Positions 50,380-64,000 of a DNA stretch of 64,000 bases are shown in pieces; within the stretch, counting starts at the first letter, position 1, and every line of letters starts with the position of its first letter. A model generated the notes under the pieces. The model saw nothing but the letters and a program-made list of their open reading frames with translations. It ran no database searches and was not told the origin of the DNA. The DNA is from Blasia pusilla. Taxonomy: Eukaryota. Where the stretch lies: the NCBI GenBank assembly GCA_050084515.1, contig CM114271.1:13950001-14014000 (forward strand), read 5' to 3'. A program made the translations under genes and the position numbers.

Positions 50380-53300
50380 TCATACACATACACATTGCTA
50401 CAAAATCCACATCGCTAGTCACATCCACACCATACAACACTGATCTTCCCAATATACATGTAGATCTAGTGTCTCCACATAAACAAAAATGAACTTATGT
50501 ATGTACATTGAGACCGCACAATTGCTCTCCTAGTTGGCAATTGGGTCCCCCTAACTCCAAATAGCACATATCACCTCTACCTGACATGACCTACTACCAT
50601 ATGAGCTACCATACACATATGTAGGACCTAACCATTGTCTCATGGAACTACATCAAGAGAGAAGGGGAGGAGAGGGGGGCTAGACACGACATATGCCACC
50701 GTGTAGAACAACCATCACACACCAACATGGTGGCTGCAGCCTTGAAGATCCACACAACGTGTACGTAAGCCCGCAAGTACCACTGCAAAGCTCGAACCCG
50801 TTGTCTTGTCCATATTCAGAAGGTGACATAGCGCACAGTTGCGCACATGACCCTTCCAAACAAAACCATCCCGTCCCTCCAACATGAGGACTTCGGTCGA
50901 TAACACCTCGCGCAAATGCAAATCATGCACCCTCCAATGACATTTAGCGTCGTGGCTTCCATCTACTGCAAATACACATAATTCCTAGGATGGAAACTCA
51001 TAATCCTTGGATGATAACTTCCTCCACGAATGATTGCGTACCTCAAAATTTCCCTATGTTAACACATTATTGAGCAATAGTTACGTTTTCAAACGCATGG
51101 GCATAACTCTATGAAAAATCTCCGCCCAATGAGAATATTCCTGCACCCACACATCTAGGTTGTCAAGATCAAACACCTTCGCCATATCATGTTGAAAAAT
51201 TGCAGATAAATCCAACTCTCTCCTATAGAGAAAAAAAGTACGGTGAAAATGATGCCAAGGATGCCTTCCGATTGAAATGATACCCCATAGCCTACCATGG
51301 CAAATATAGGTCCCACTCCCTCAAATGTCCTCGTTATAAGGCAAACTTGCATTACCCTCTCTTCATCATTTGGAATACTCTCTCTGCCAACCCATATGTC
51401 TCAAGATGATCTCTAGAAGTGGTGCGGTGATCTATTAGTGCATGATCACACAAGGCCTAAAACTCTCCCTTGAACTCGATACCTTGGTCACTCATTGCGT
51501 GCTTAGTTATTTTGGTGCACCTCCACCGGTGCACCAAAATGACTAAGCACGCAATCTAGAAATACATAAGCCTATCCCTTGCTTGCCGTGTCCAATAGTG
51601 CCACCAATTCTATCCACTTGGATAAATGCTTCATTGTGACCAACACATACCTCTGATGACGCCTTGTGAATGACAAAGATCCCACAAAGTCTAAACTCTA
51701 CCGATAACCTAATCCCATAATTGGAAAAGGATGCAAACAAGGAGTATGGGGATTGAATTATGCTCACACTCAATCACACACCATACATCTAGCTATAAAT
51801 TGATGAACCTCAGTATGCATGTCGCGCCACCAATACTAAACCTCAAGTACGTTGAAATTACACTTACTCCAAAATGTCCCAAATCCTCATGGGCATGTTG
51901 CACTTCACGTGCTCTCTAGGAAGGACGGGGCACCACCCCTACCTTACCATCATCCCACACCAGTAAAATGTGTGTCCCCTCCCAATTGAACCTCCTAGCT
52001 CTATATAGGATCCAATCCCACTCCCTAGCACTCACTATGCTCGCTCTGATGCCAGTACATAGGAACTTCACAACCTCTAGACCCTCATGGACAAGGTTGC
52101 ATGAAAATGGAGAACTTTGGACATGCCGCTCGAGTACTCATGGCCCGCATATTCGACTAACAAAGAAAGGCAGATGGGTGCCAACCGGGCACCATCTCCT
52201 CATCACTCTCTCCGTGTTATCAAGCTCATGTGTCGTCCATTTTACTCGGACATGGATTGTAACTCAATCCATTTTCATCCTAGTTCAACCAAAGTGACCT
52301 ATGAACCACCCCAAAATTTTAATCTTGTAGTAATAGAGCCTACTTTGCAAGCTTCCTCCTAAGCTTATCGGACTCTATCAACCACCTTAACGGTTGATGA
52401 TTAGTGATAAGTGTGAAAATATTGTTGACTAGATAGCACATTAAATATACCTTGGCCCACACTACAACCAAACACTCTCGTAGGAGTTGACCTTTGCCTT
52501 TGCAATGTTATTCGATCAGCTCACATAAGCCACAATGAACTCCCTCTCCTCGCCATTTCTTTAAATGAGCACCGCTCCAAGATCCAACACGATCCAATCC
52601 GTATGTAACAAAAATAGATGATCCCTAACTTGTAAAATGGATGAGGAGGTCAACCTATCCTTGAGCTCTTGAAATGCTCACTTCTTATCATCTTCCCAAT
52701 TCCAAACCTGATAAAGTCTGATCGACAAGGTCAAAGACTTCGCAATCACACTAAAACCCTTGATATATTGTTGATAGAAGTTTTCTAGTTCCATAAATGC
52801 TTAGACTCGACTCACATATGTAGGGCATATAATCTCCATAATAGCCTTCCCTCCATGTTTGACTATTGAACACCTAAACCACATGGGTATATGGTTGTCC
52901 CAATTTAACCTTGTTTGTCGATTGATAAGTCGATAATTCCCACACATCCGCCTATATGTCCAATTGTCATATATATCCTTCTTTTTCGGCATGATTGCGG
53001 TAGATGCATACTCTCCGTGCGATATCTCTGTAAGTTCTGCCTCCCACAAGTCTTGACTCCTATTTTGAATCAAGGCTCGCTCTATGTCAGAATATTGTGG
53101 AAGATGGGTGTATCACTAGCCAAATCTATCCATATCGTAGGACTCTTCAAAGTACCCAAGTCTCTCGTATTGAAGGCAAAAAAACTCACATGCCCTCTTA
53201 AAAACCTATGTATCCTTCGTCTCTCTCCTCTTGTCAAATCAAGATCTATCATAGGCTTCTAAGTCTCCATTGTGACCTCACTTGAAGAAGACGTGACCTC

Positions 53301-53670
53301 TGACTTTGGTTACTATGTAGCAAGCCTAACCACCTCCCATATCATGCTCCATCTTTGAAAATTGAACATGTGCTACTCTGTCCGCATCCACACTCTCTTC
53401 TTGAACAACATCCTAGGAAGTCCATAGGTGCCTATCGCTCCTTGTCTTGCCCTCAACCAATGCCTCTACCGACCCTATACGCAATGCTCTAACTCGTGGA
53501 CGTGACGATATGGGTGACACTTGCATCTGCCTCTGCTCAACCATACCTAGACAAATTATCCATGTGAGAAAGTTAATGTCCATTGCTTCCAACAAAACCT
53601 ATCTTTGTGATGCCTCTGACATATCTGGCACCATCGTAGTACTCGTAGCAAACCTCATCGATTGCTTGCA
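50380..53670 (-). mobile_element. Decayed Ty3/gypsy element (RT, RH and IN remnants, PHD start, PPT, LTR) of the same lineage as 1-2570
   Basis: EYASTAIMPKKKDIYDNW..RMCGNYR.IN (RT start), RH and IN remnants, LEGRDGFVWKGHVRNCALCHL, and a PPT plus TGTG LTR start at ~50520. Confidence 0.88.
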
Positions 53671-53683
53671 TTGATCGGAAGTG

Positions 53684-53824
53684 TGTTGTGCGCATACACA
53701 TCGCTACACAACCCACATCGTTGGTCATATCTACATGGACACCACGCAACATCGATCTTCCCAACACGCAAGTCGATCCACTCTTAAAAGAAATATACTC
53801 ACGCATATACATTGAGACCCCACA
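53684..53824 (-). repeat. Short (~140 bp) 3' LTR, TGT...ACA, preceded by a PPT
   Basis: Minus strand reads AGGGGGCGGT|TGTGGGG...GCGCACAACA. Its 3' half resembles the A repeat at 2446-2570. Confidence 0.7.
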
Positions 53825-53929
53825 ACCGCCCCCTAGTTGGTAGTTGGGTCTCCCTAACTCCATATAGCAGACACATATATCTACATGACATGATCTACTA
53901 TCCTACACACACCTAGCATCATCGATTCC

Positions 53930-56900
53930 GTCATCCCCACGATACTGCAAATACCCATCGTGTTGATCCCTCCGAAGAAATCTAACACTCTCGTACCCTG
54001 CTCCGAATACTGCCACACAACACGTGAATGAAGTCTTTAGTCTAAGAGCATGACCATCACCTGACTCTATCTGCTCCAAGACATATGTAGGCAGAGCTCC
54101 ATGCCTGCCTCACGAGCTTGTTTGCACTCCACGTATCTCAACACTCGTACCCAACAACGGTAAAGAGGTCTCTGCACCATGGGAAGAGACATCCACCCTG
54201 GCATGTCCCTCCTTGGGACTATCCGCTACAAGAATTTCCTCCGCATGTCTAATCCTCTCCCATAACTCTCCTGTGCTACTAACACCACCTATGAATGTGG
54301 TCATTGTATCCTCACATGGTCGACCACCACTACACCCTGCAAACTGCATTGGTAGATTGCTCACCCGTCCATCACCTGATCGCCACACTGGCCGATAAGA
54401 AACCGTCTCCTCCCAAAAATAGCCATCCCAATCATAACCTAAGCACGTAGATTACCATATAACCTAAACCGCCAACATACTTTTGTTGGGAGCATCAGAC
54501 TTTGATAGAGTTGGCACGATTCATTGGGTGATTTTGGATGCCCGTGTCATGGTCACTCATCGGCTGGTTGAGGGTTTGGATTATACGATCCTAGATGAGG
54601 GATGTTTTGGGAGATGCTACAAGACACTTGTGTAGGATGATGACGTGTGTGCATCTTGTGAGGTTGTGGTTGGGACTTGCCGCTTTGTTGGATGCCGTGA
54701 GAGTTGGATCACACGTACATCGTCGATGGATGTGGGGGATAAACCTTCTACCTTTGGAAGTATTAAGCCGAGCTTATGATGGAGTTCAGAGAGGAGCACA
54801 CTTGATAGTGAATGCTATCTTGGGTCCATGCCATCGATCTCAGGTGGTGACGCATGATGATAGACCACCGTTGGTGGTAGATAATAGGGTGGGGGAGTTG
54901 AGGGAATCCTTACCATTGCTGGTCACATCTAAACACCACACAACACCAATCAACAGATCACATGACTAACTAAGACCAAAATAGGGAAATCTCCACAAAT
55001 GACTTTTCTGACGCAACAGACCTACCGCTAACCTCATCCAACATTTCGGGACGAAGCTACACCCGAATAGCCCACTGACCCTCTATATCGTCAACAACAT
55101 AGAACTCTACCTACGTCTAACTTAGATGTGACAAGTGGGCTCCTCCAATTCTCGGGTCTCCTCATCCCATTTCATGTTTGGTCCTCCTTGGCAAAGGATG
55201 GGATACTAGAAAGCTCACCAATGTAGGTAAGTATGCCCTCAACTCCCTCGCCCTATTGTCTACCGCCAACGATCGTTTATCATGATGTATCAACTCTTGA
55301 GATAGACGCCATGGACCGAAGATAACATTCAATATCACGTGTGGTGCTCTCTGAACTCTATCATAAACTCGGCTCAATACTTCCAATGGTAGAAGGTTCC
55401 ACCACAACCGTCGACGATGTGCGCGTGATCCAATTGTCACCGCATCCAACAAAGCGGCAAGTCCCAAACACAACCTCACATGATGCACACTGGTCATCAT
55501 CTATGCACAAGTGTCTCTCAACAATGGCATGTTCTCCACAAGTGTTGTAATAAGCGTAGCATCTCTCACAGTATCTCTGATCTAGGATCCTATGATCCAA
55601 ATCCTTAACCAACCGATGAGCGACCATGACATGGGCATCCAAAAATCACTCAATGAATGTGCTAATTCTATCCAAGTCTTCCTCTCCCAACAAAAAATGT
55701 TGGCGGATAGTGTATGCTCACATCACCATACTATAGATACTGGAAATAAGTCAAGATATCTTTGAATCAACATTGCCACATGGCGCAATGGGACTCGTTG
55801 TGCGATCTCATCTCTCCCCACATAAAGGTATTAATACATCCGTAAGCCTACCTAAAATACCGCACCCAATCTTGTGCTAATCCCTATAAAGAGATCTAAC
55901 ATTCTAATGCCGGCCTCACGAGGTCATCTGAGCATGGACTCTGTGGAGACTGCCACACAACGGGTCTGGTATCGAATGGTTTCAAAATCTCCACTCGTGA
56001 AGCTTAATTTTCCCTTGACTTTGTTTGCCCCGGGAGAAAGGCACAAATCCATGAATGCTTCACGAGGTCATCTACACTCCCCGGCAAATCATGGCTCATA
56101 CTCCACAATGGTGAAAAAGTCTTAACAACATGGGAAGAGACACCCACCATAACATGTCTCTCCCCGGGACTATTCACTATTGGGATGTCCTCCACATATG
56201 AATTCCCCTCTAACAACTCTCTTGGCCAGCTAATAGCACACATGAATGCTGCCAACGTAGTCATGTGGTCATATCATCATGTGGTTGACCACCTCATCCC
56301 ACAAACAGTACGGATAACTAACTCATCCAACTATCACCTGATCGCCATCCTAGTCAATAAGAAAGAGTCTCATTCCAAAATTCAAGGATGAATCCTAAGG
56401 GATATAGCATTGTACTCCCTACCAACACATCGTATGTCTCAATGGGTATCGTAATCGCCCACATGTGCACCATAGCACTATGTGTCACATGCTCTAGTTG
56501 GACTTTGACAATTACCTCTTGTCAAGTCATATACTACCTAGACAATCCCCACTCAATAGAGTTATTTATCTTAAAGGGACAAGGCTCAATGTCGTCTTTT
56601 CATAACCTAAATGCCAAACACGTCACCTTCCCTAACATCAGGGGCTGCACTTTCTAATCAAGTAGGACGCGTTACAGGTGATACACGATACCTCTAGGAC
56701 TAATCACACGAAAAAATCTAGTCCGGTTGTCCAACAACATCACACTTGGTGTCACTATGGCTTGCTCTATCGTTGACATAGTAGGCATATCCACCAACTT
56801 TGCCGTTGCAGCTTGCCATGACTGAGTGGGGATCGTCCCAAGCACTTCGTCCGAGGATTGGTCCATCACCTCCTCAGCAACCACCTGCGAACGAGAGGCA

Positions 56901-57050
56901 CTCACCTCTCCACGCTCATTCAATGTGGCACCCAGACAAAACACCTATGTTGGTCCAATGTCTATCGTTGCCAACTCCATGGCATACAACAAAGGATGTT
57001 GGCTCACCCTAGTGGCCACCACCAACAATGTGGTTGATGAGCTCCACCCG
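53930..57050. mobile_element. Scrambled gypsy gag/protease-region fragments, mostly minus strand
   Basis: Degenerate protease motif RVLLD*KVQPLMLGK at ~56670-56625. Mutually similar blocks at 54100-54420 and 56070-56370, and an inverted pair at 54469-54915 / 55225-55706. Confidence 0.65.
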
Positions 57051-58493
57051 AGATGACATAGGAGTTGTCTCTCCAACTCCTAGTGACGTCGACGCACATA
57101 CCTCACATGTGGGCACCGTTGGTCGTCTAGGCACTATCGATGATGTCTAAAGTACCTCTGACAATGGAAAATATTTGGAACCCTAGCATGTCGCCCAACA
57201 ATCTCCTCTCATGAATCGATCACATCAATAATTTTATGGATAAAGTTAAATTAGTCAAGGGTAAAATGTAAGTTCTATTTGGGAACCAAGGGAAAGACCA
57301 AACTCAAACTAGAGCAAGGATTAGCTTAAGAAAGAGAAGGAAGGTAATTAAGAAAGAACGAGAGCGGAAAGAAGAGGATAGAATGATATAGAAATAACTT
57401 CCATTCACCACAATTGAGTGCTCTGTAGTCTCATTCAAAATACTATAGATCTTTGTCTTTGCCTCTAATGCCCTAGTACATTCTTATGCGCCTTAAGTTG
57501 GATTTAGCATTTTCTTTACCTGATAATTCAACTTGTTATTCATGAGGATTCCTAGGGGATACCACTATTTTTACTGAAAGGAAGAAAGATATTAATGATA
57601 TCAATGTTTAAGTGATGTCTCAATGCAATGGAGAGCTACTATCAAACCATTTCTACTAGTAAGAATGCTTGTGCAATGCACTTATCAAAAATTTTTTACA
57701 TGATATATTTTAATAAAATTAATTTCCTAAAATATGATTTTGCATTGCACTTGACCTACAGGGAAATGTTACACTCTACATAGAAATTCAACTTGTTTCA
57801 ATTGGCTTTATATAGATAGATTTCTCCTTACATGATAATATGATTTCACCTTACATGAAATTTGAGTGTCATTGGAGAAACTCTAGAAATTTCTAGAATT
57901 TCTTGGATGGTTTTTCATTATGTGTGTAAACAATTTTCTCCTTATCATATGTATCACTTCCAATCATCATGCGGATCGAACTATTAGAACCTAATATAAA
58001 GAACTAAAATATGAAGCCATTATATGCAAGTTGAATTTATAGAGTTTAAGAGATGATATAAAAATAGTGAGGATAGATTCCTCCTTACATGTTAATAATC
58101 ATGAATTCGTAACTTCTCTTTGAAGCCAAAATTCATATTTTCTTCCTTAATCCCTTATTAATTGGGGGAAAAAAGTAAAATTTCATCAAGATGGAATTTT
58201 TATAAAGTATATTTTTTAAAATTTAAGATAAAATGTAATTCCTCCATACAAAATTTAAAGTTTACCAAAAAAATTTTAAAATAAATTAAAAATAAAAAAG
58301 GAGAATAAATATGAACATGAGGGAGACTAAGAAAAGTTTCATGAAAATTGGGAAAATATTATAAATTTTTTATTGATGAAGTTTAATCTAATTATTAAAA
58401 CCGTCCACTCATTCTACTTTTTAGCTTAGTGTAAGATAAAAATAAATTCAGGAGACTTGAGAGGCAAGATTTATTTTGAGCTATTCAATATCA

Positions 58494-58688
58494 TCTATAT
58501 TATTATGGGAGAATGTCTTCTTGATTTGCAAACACTTCTATGTTTGACACGTGACAACCAGACAACAAGAAAATTTTTCACATGCTACGTGTAGCATTAT
58601 TAATCTTTTTTTTTCACGGGCTATACACTAACAAAAACTTTCAAACATTTTTTTTTATTTCCCGTGTAGCGCGAGGGCACCTTACTAA
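58494..58688 (+). mobile_element. Mini-Helitron, same family as 11200-11397
   Basis: A|TCTATATTATTATG start and CTAA|T end, with a degenerate hairpin. Confidence 0.7.
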
Positions 58689-58847
58689 TGTTTATTAAAT
58701 TGACTTATAATCATTGAGAGGCACATTTGACAATAGAATAAGTCATTTTCTAATCTTTCTTCCATATATATTTTCTACATCACTTTGTTCCAATTTATAT
58801 ATTGTCACACATACCTATATATGTTGAGTAAACACACATAAATAAGA

Positions 58848-59205
58848 TCCTTTTGGTTTGTCTTCACATTCTTGGAAATTGGTGCTCTTATTATACTACT
58901 CCAAGGTATGATGGTAAGGAAAGGCTAAACCCTAAACCCTTTGGGTTTGTCTTCACATTCTCAACTTGGGAATATGTGCTCTTATTATACTACTTCCAAG
59001 CAAGACCCTTTTGGTTTCTCTTCACATTCTCATCTTGGAAATTGGTGCTCCTATTATATTATTACCTTGGAGATTCGTGCTCTTATTATACTACTCCAAA
59101 GTCATACGGACAAGAAAAGCATGCGATTTACAATACATTTACACCACTACCTTGAAAATTGGTGCTCTAATTATACTACTGCATGGTGCTCTAATTATAC
59201 TACTG
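58848..59205. repeat. Degenerate tandem array of the motif ggaaattggtgctcttattatactact
   Basis: About 6 motif copies, three of them within ~70-90-bp units starting ccttttggtttgtcttcacattct. Confidence 0.8.
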
Positions 59206-59273
59206 CAAAGTAAGACGGAGAAACAGACGAATTACAATGCATTGATAGTTCCTCCTCTCTCATGTTCTATAAA

Positions 59274-59467
59274 CTAGTTTAATACCCATGCTATGGGTGA
59301 AAATCACCGTGCATGGCATTCATTTGTTAATTTGAATTCAACCTTCCTGTATTAATGAAATTTGTACATGTGTGACCGTGAGTGCAACCCATAATGTATA
59401 CATGTCACGGGGTCCTCAAACTCCGTCCTGTTTTAATTATGTAGGTGTCCTCTTTTAATTATATAGA
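59274..59467 (-). mobile_element. Mini-Helitron (~194 bp), second family
   Basis: Minus strand reads A|TCTATATAATT...cccatagcatggg hairpin...CTAG|T. Its 5' part resembles 11135-11199. Confidence 0.7.
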
Positions 59468-60509
59468 TGATTACCACCCATAAGGGTATTGACCGTTAGA
59501 TTAGAAGATCATAATCCCCCTAAGACCAAACTCTGTTATGACTAACAGTAAATGCAGATACTATAATTAGAAAAAATAATTTTCCCATGTTCAATTATAT
59601 ATTACCTTATCATAGCTTATGCATTAGAAGAATTCCACTAGGATAATGATCTTGGACTGCGGTCTTTCCTTGACAAAAAATTGAGTGTCAAATAAATTCT
59701 CCCATGATTTTTTACCATGTGAGAAGGGAAAAAATCATTGAAATGGATCACAATGGAACCTTCAGATTAACAAGTAGGGAGCAAAAATAAACAAAGGCAT
59801 TAATTTCAACTAGAAACAACCTCTTTAAAAATAGAAAAATAAATATATCTAAGTGAAAGTAGGCATTTGAAATTGTTTTCTTGGAGCCCTCCTTATCGTT
59901 GAACTCTCACTCCCTAACTAAAATCTCTCGTAATTTCCTGAAAGAGAGAATCTTAAGATGTATTCAAATGAATGGGTAATAAATTTACATTTCGATATGA
60001 AAAGAAAACGAAAAAGTAAGGTCTCGTACTGATTTGTTTTCGGTAGAAAAGCAGAGGTTGACGACACGAGGATGTAATCGTCACCGTCAAAATTCAACAA
60101 GACTTTGATCTTGAAATGGACGGATGTGGACCCTAGAAGTTTTCTGAATTACTCCAATTGACACCGCATAGATCGCATGAATGTTAAGTCTCCATGGCCC
60201 CATGAAGGCTCAATCTGTGTGCCCTAAGAAGCTAAAACACAGATTGTTAAGTAAATAAATATTCTCAATCCAGATCTTTACACCCAACCCTTGTAGGAGA
60301 AATAATGGAATCAGAAATTTCAATGGAAATAGCCTTTCTTTCCCATCAGATTGAGAATGAGGAAATCCCTGATGGATCCTCATCAAATTATAACTCATTT
60401 TCTAGGTCTCTATCATTGATGCATTGACGATTGAACTTGTTCTAAGACTGTAGATAAAACCTGACTGAGAGTGACAGGGCCCGCCAGCCCAGCTTTGGGG
60501 TCATTTCTC

Positions 60510-63500
60510 CTACACCTTGGAAAGAGCTGCTACCAGATCTGATCTAGCTTTGATCAACGCTTCCTCGAGCTTTTCAGGCAATCTGCCACCTGCCTGGGCA
60601 AAGTTAGGTTTGCCACCACCACCTCCTCCACAAAACTTGGCCACAGGGCCTAAAAACTTTCCTGCCTGAAGACCTTGGCTGACAACTGTCTTGCTGAAAG
60701 CAGCCACCAGGTTAACTTTTCCATCTGAAGAGTTTGAGGCAATGACAAATGCGCTGGGATCCCCCAGTTTGGTAACCAAATGCTCTGCCGCAACTCTTAA
60801 AGAATCTGCATCAACTGTTCCCAGTGAAGTCACCAGGACTCTGCATACACAGACCACATAGTCAGCAGGTAGAGCAACACCTTTATTATGATTCCACTGA
60901 ACCTGTCTTCCCCAACTACAACCAGTAAGAACAAGTCTCCTCATAGAGCAATCAGCCATCACAACATTCCAGTACCTTATGTTTGCAGGGCCAACAAACT
61001 CAGCTTTGCTCACGAGTGAGTCCACCTTGGCCACTGCCAGCTCCCCACGTAAAGATGCCACCTCTTTGTTTGAGGACCTCAATTCCTCCTGCAGAGTTTG
61101 CACCCTGGTAGCCAAGTCTTCTGGTTTAACCTGTCCAAAATAGAAATTCAATGATCAGTGAAATTTAGGACAATTCTGTGAGACTGCATCTCCACTGTAA
61201 GTACAACTATACACTTGAGCTCCCATTGTGAAATGTATGGAACTTCCAATTCCAAAGCATAGCATAAATTTTGGGAGAATACCTTCAAAAGTAAGTTGAG
61301 CTGCTTCACCACACTGTCCCGTTGATTAATATATTCTATGAATGCTGACCCGCATACTGCTTCAATTCGCCTCACTCCAGCAGCAATACCCTGCTCGGAA
61401 ATAATCTTGATCCCTCGAATATCTGCAGTATTTCTTACATGTGTACCTCCACACAACTCCTTGCTGATTCCCTCTACATTCACCACCCTCACCTGCATAG
61501 AGGGGGTTATCTTCTTTCAGGGCACGACAAGATTTGGTGTATGATAAAATTTCCAATTTTCTAAATATAGCATACATTCTCTATTAGCTCCTGGTGTGCA
61601 TTAAGATCCTGCCTACCTTCTATGAATAAAATGTGGTGCATTGGGACTTCCACCACAACTTGAAGAAAATTAACGACATAAAACTATATATATACACACT
61701 CACACACACATGCACACATACACACACACACATGCACACATACACACACACACACACACACTCAGGATTGAAAAGTTTCACCAACCTCATCTTCATATTT
61801 CTCACCAAACATTGCTATGGCACCAGATTTCTTTGCCTCTGCCAATGCCATGACCTTAGTGTCCAGGTCAACTGCCTCACCAATCCATCCATTGACAAGA
61901 TTCTCAACTTTCACAAGTTCTTCTTCAGTCATTGCTCTGGGCAGATTGAAATCAAATCGCAAACGATCGAATGCAACCAAAGACCCTGCCTGGGATGTGC
62001 TCTCTCCCAGCGTTTTCTTTAGTGCAGATTGAAGTAAGTGGGTTGCTGTGTGGTGGGCCTGCCATTGAGCATGTTCAGAAAACAGTATTATCCACTATGT
62101 AATCTACTTTATGTGAGTGTGTCCAACTTTTCCAAGGCCTTGAGAAAAAGTTGTTCGAGCCCGGTAGCATGCCTATGGAGAAACACGACCATCCCTAATT
62201 CATAAACTCAACTCTAAACCTCCCCCACCTCTAGTCTACAAGTGCGTATTTTCTTCGTCTTTTTGGGTCACAACTAGAACCAGTTGAATAACAAGATCAA
62301 CAGGACCTTCAACCTGCTATCCACATCGCCAGGTGGAACAGATACAAGAGGCAACCATCAAAAGTGTGCTGCAATTCAATTCAGGGTGCACAAAATGACC
62401 TACCATTGCTCGGCGCCTCTTCTGACCATCCACCACGGCCTCTACCTTAACACCCAGAGTAACTCTGCCTTGCTCTATGTGACCTCTGTGCAGGATAAGT
62501 CCTTGACCAGCCTTTTGCACATCTGTCACCTGGATGACAAATTGACTTCCATCTTCACCACCACCAATAATAATTCCGTTGTCACCAATCTGGCCACCTG
62601 ACTCAGCATAGAAAGGGGTTTCATCCAGTATAAGTTCAATCTCTTGACCTTCAGATGCTTCAGAAAGCGGTACTCCCTTAGAAAGCAAGGCAACTAACTG
62701 GCCTTTAGACTCAAGGCTCTTGTAGCCCAAAAACTTGGACTTAGGAATTTTTGATGACAATTCTGCAGCAGCTCCACCTACAGTCAGCTTCACAACATTG
62801 TGGGCAGACTGAGATTGTGTCCTCTGTACTTCCATTTCTGTTTCAAATCCCTGAAGATCAACACTCACTCCGCGTTCCCTTGCAACCTCCTCCGTGATTT
62901 CAACAGGGAATCCAAAAGTATCATAGAGTAAAAATATGTCTTTTCCTGCCAGTTCAGGTTGAGTGGCCTCATTGTTCTCCCCTTTACCAGATGCCAAAGC
63001 ATCTGCAAGAAGCTTCTCAAGTAATTTTTCACCTCTTTCCAATGTCTGTACAAATCTTAACTCCTCTCTATGGAGCTCTTCATAGATTCTCGTAGCATTT
63101 TGCTTTACAAAAGGGTCCACATTGTCGCTCAGACTTACTGCAACTTCCGCAATCTTTGGAAGGAAGGCTCCCTCTACGTCACCCTTGCCATCCCCTTTGA
63201 TGCCAAGAAGACGACCCATGCGCACAACCCGTCTAATGAGTCGTCTCACAACATAGCCTCGGCCCACATTTGAAGGATTGACACCATCAGATATGAGGTA
63301 TGTTACTGCACGTGTATGGTCTCCAATAACCTGAATTTGGAAGTAACATGTGCATTGTATCAGCAACACATGGAAGACGCTACTCATCCCACCTGTGCAC
63401 TCAGTTTATCACCATCTGCCACAAGTTGCAAAAAGGGTTCTAAAAGCATGGTCATGTTAGACTTGTTGAATTGAGGAAAAAGAAAGGAAAAATACCTTCA

Positions 63501-63885
63501 GATAGGTCTTTGTGCGTTCGTCTCCTGTATTGTAATCTACATTGGCCAGCTGTGCCGCACAATCAATGATGGGATAAATCAAATCTGTTTCATAATTGTT
63601 GGGCACCTGCACAATTTGTCAGCCCAACCTCCGTGAGAAAATGTCCGAAAGGTTTTACCAATGTACTCCAGGAAGCACTTTAGTCTACGTTTTCAATAAA
63701 GTATGCCTTCTGATGATGTGAAAAGCGAAGCTAACCCTCTGAAGAATTTGGGCCATGCGCTCCAGCCCAAGTCCAGTATCAATATTTTTGTTCTCCAGAG
63801 GTTTCAAAGAGCCATCATCCAAGCGATTGTACTGCATGAAGACCAGATTGTAGAATTCTATGAACCTTGAATCATCATTCAGATC
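60510..63885 (-). CDS. alaS: Alanyl-tRNA synthetase, organellar (chloroplast/mitochondrial, cyanobacterial-type); 5' exons outside the window
   Basis: [86 protein letters not shown]. Exons 63885-63736, 63606-63496, 63330-62404, 62058-61786, 61492-61283, 61130-60976, 60840-60510. Confidence 0.96.
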
Positions 63886-64000
63886 CTGCATCCAATGGCA
63901 GTCACATTAATCAACTAGACTCTGGAGGCCCTTCAGTCATTCCACTGCGACTTTGAATGCTTTGAAGCTACAAATTGATAGGCATGTCATGGATTGCCAC

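Overview
Eukaryotic, intron-rich land-plant DNA. A moss-like origin is an inference from gene style and TE content. There are three host genes, all on the minus strand: an unannotated 7-exon Lys/Arg-rich protein (6665-9848), a 12-exon CPL3-type RNA polymerase II CTD phosphatase (17669-24184), and the 3' part of an organellar-type alanyl-tRNA synthetase (60510 to beyond the window end). The rest is transposon-rich. The main feature is a 13.5-kb Mutator-like element (25483-38969) with 109-bp TIRs and a perfect 10-bp target duplication, inserted just upstream of the CPL3 gene. It carries a DDE/SWIM transposase resembling the domesticated plant At4g13970/At1g60560 family, two unknown spliced accessory genes on the opposite strand (one with a C2H2 finger), a captured CWC27/CYP57-like exon and several tandem or hairpin arrays. 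Also present are Ty3/gypsy elements whose integrase ends in a PHD finger rather than a chromodomain, a CRE-like non-LTR retrotransposon with a restriction-like endonuclease, nested mini-Helitrons, a Helitron Rep/Hel remnant and long microsatellites. All TE reading frames are disrupted. Homology calls are by eye and from memory, not from database searches.
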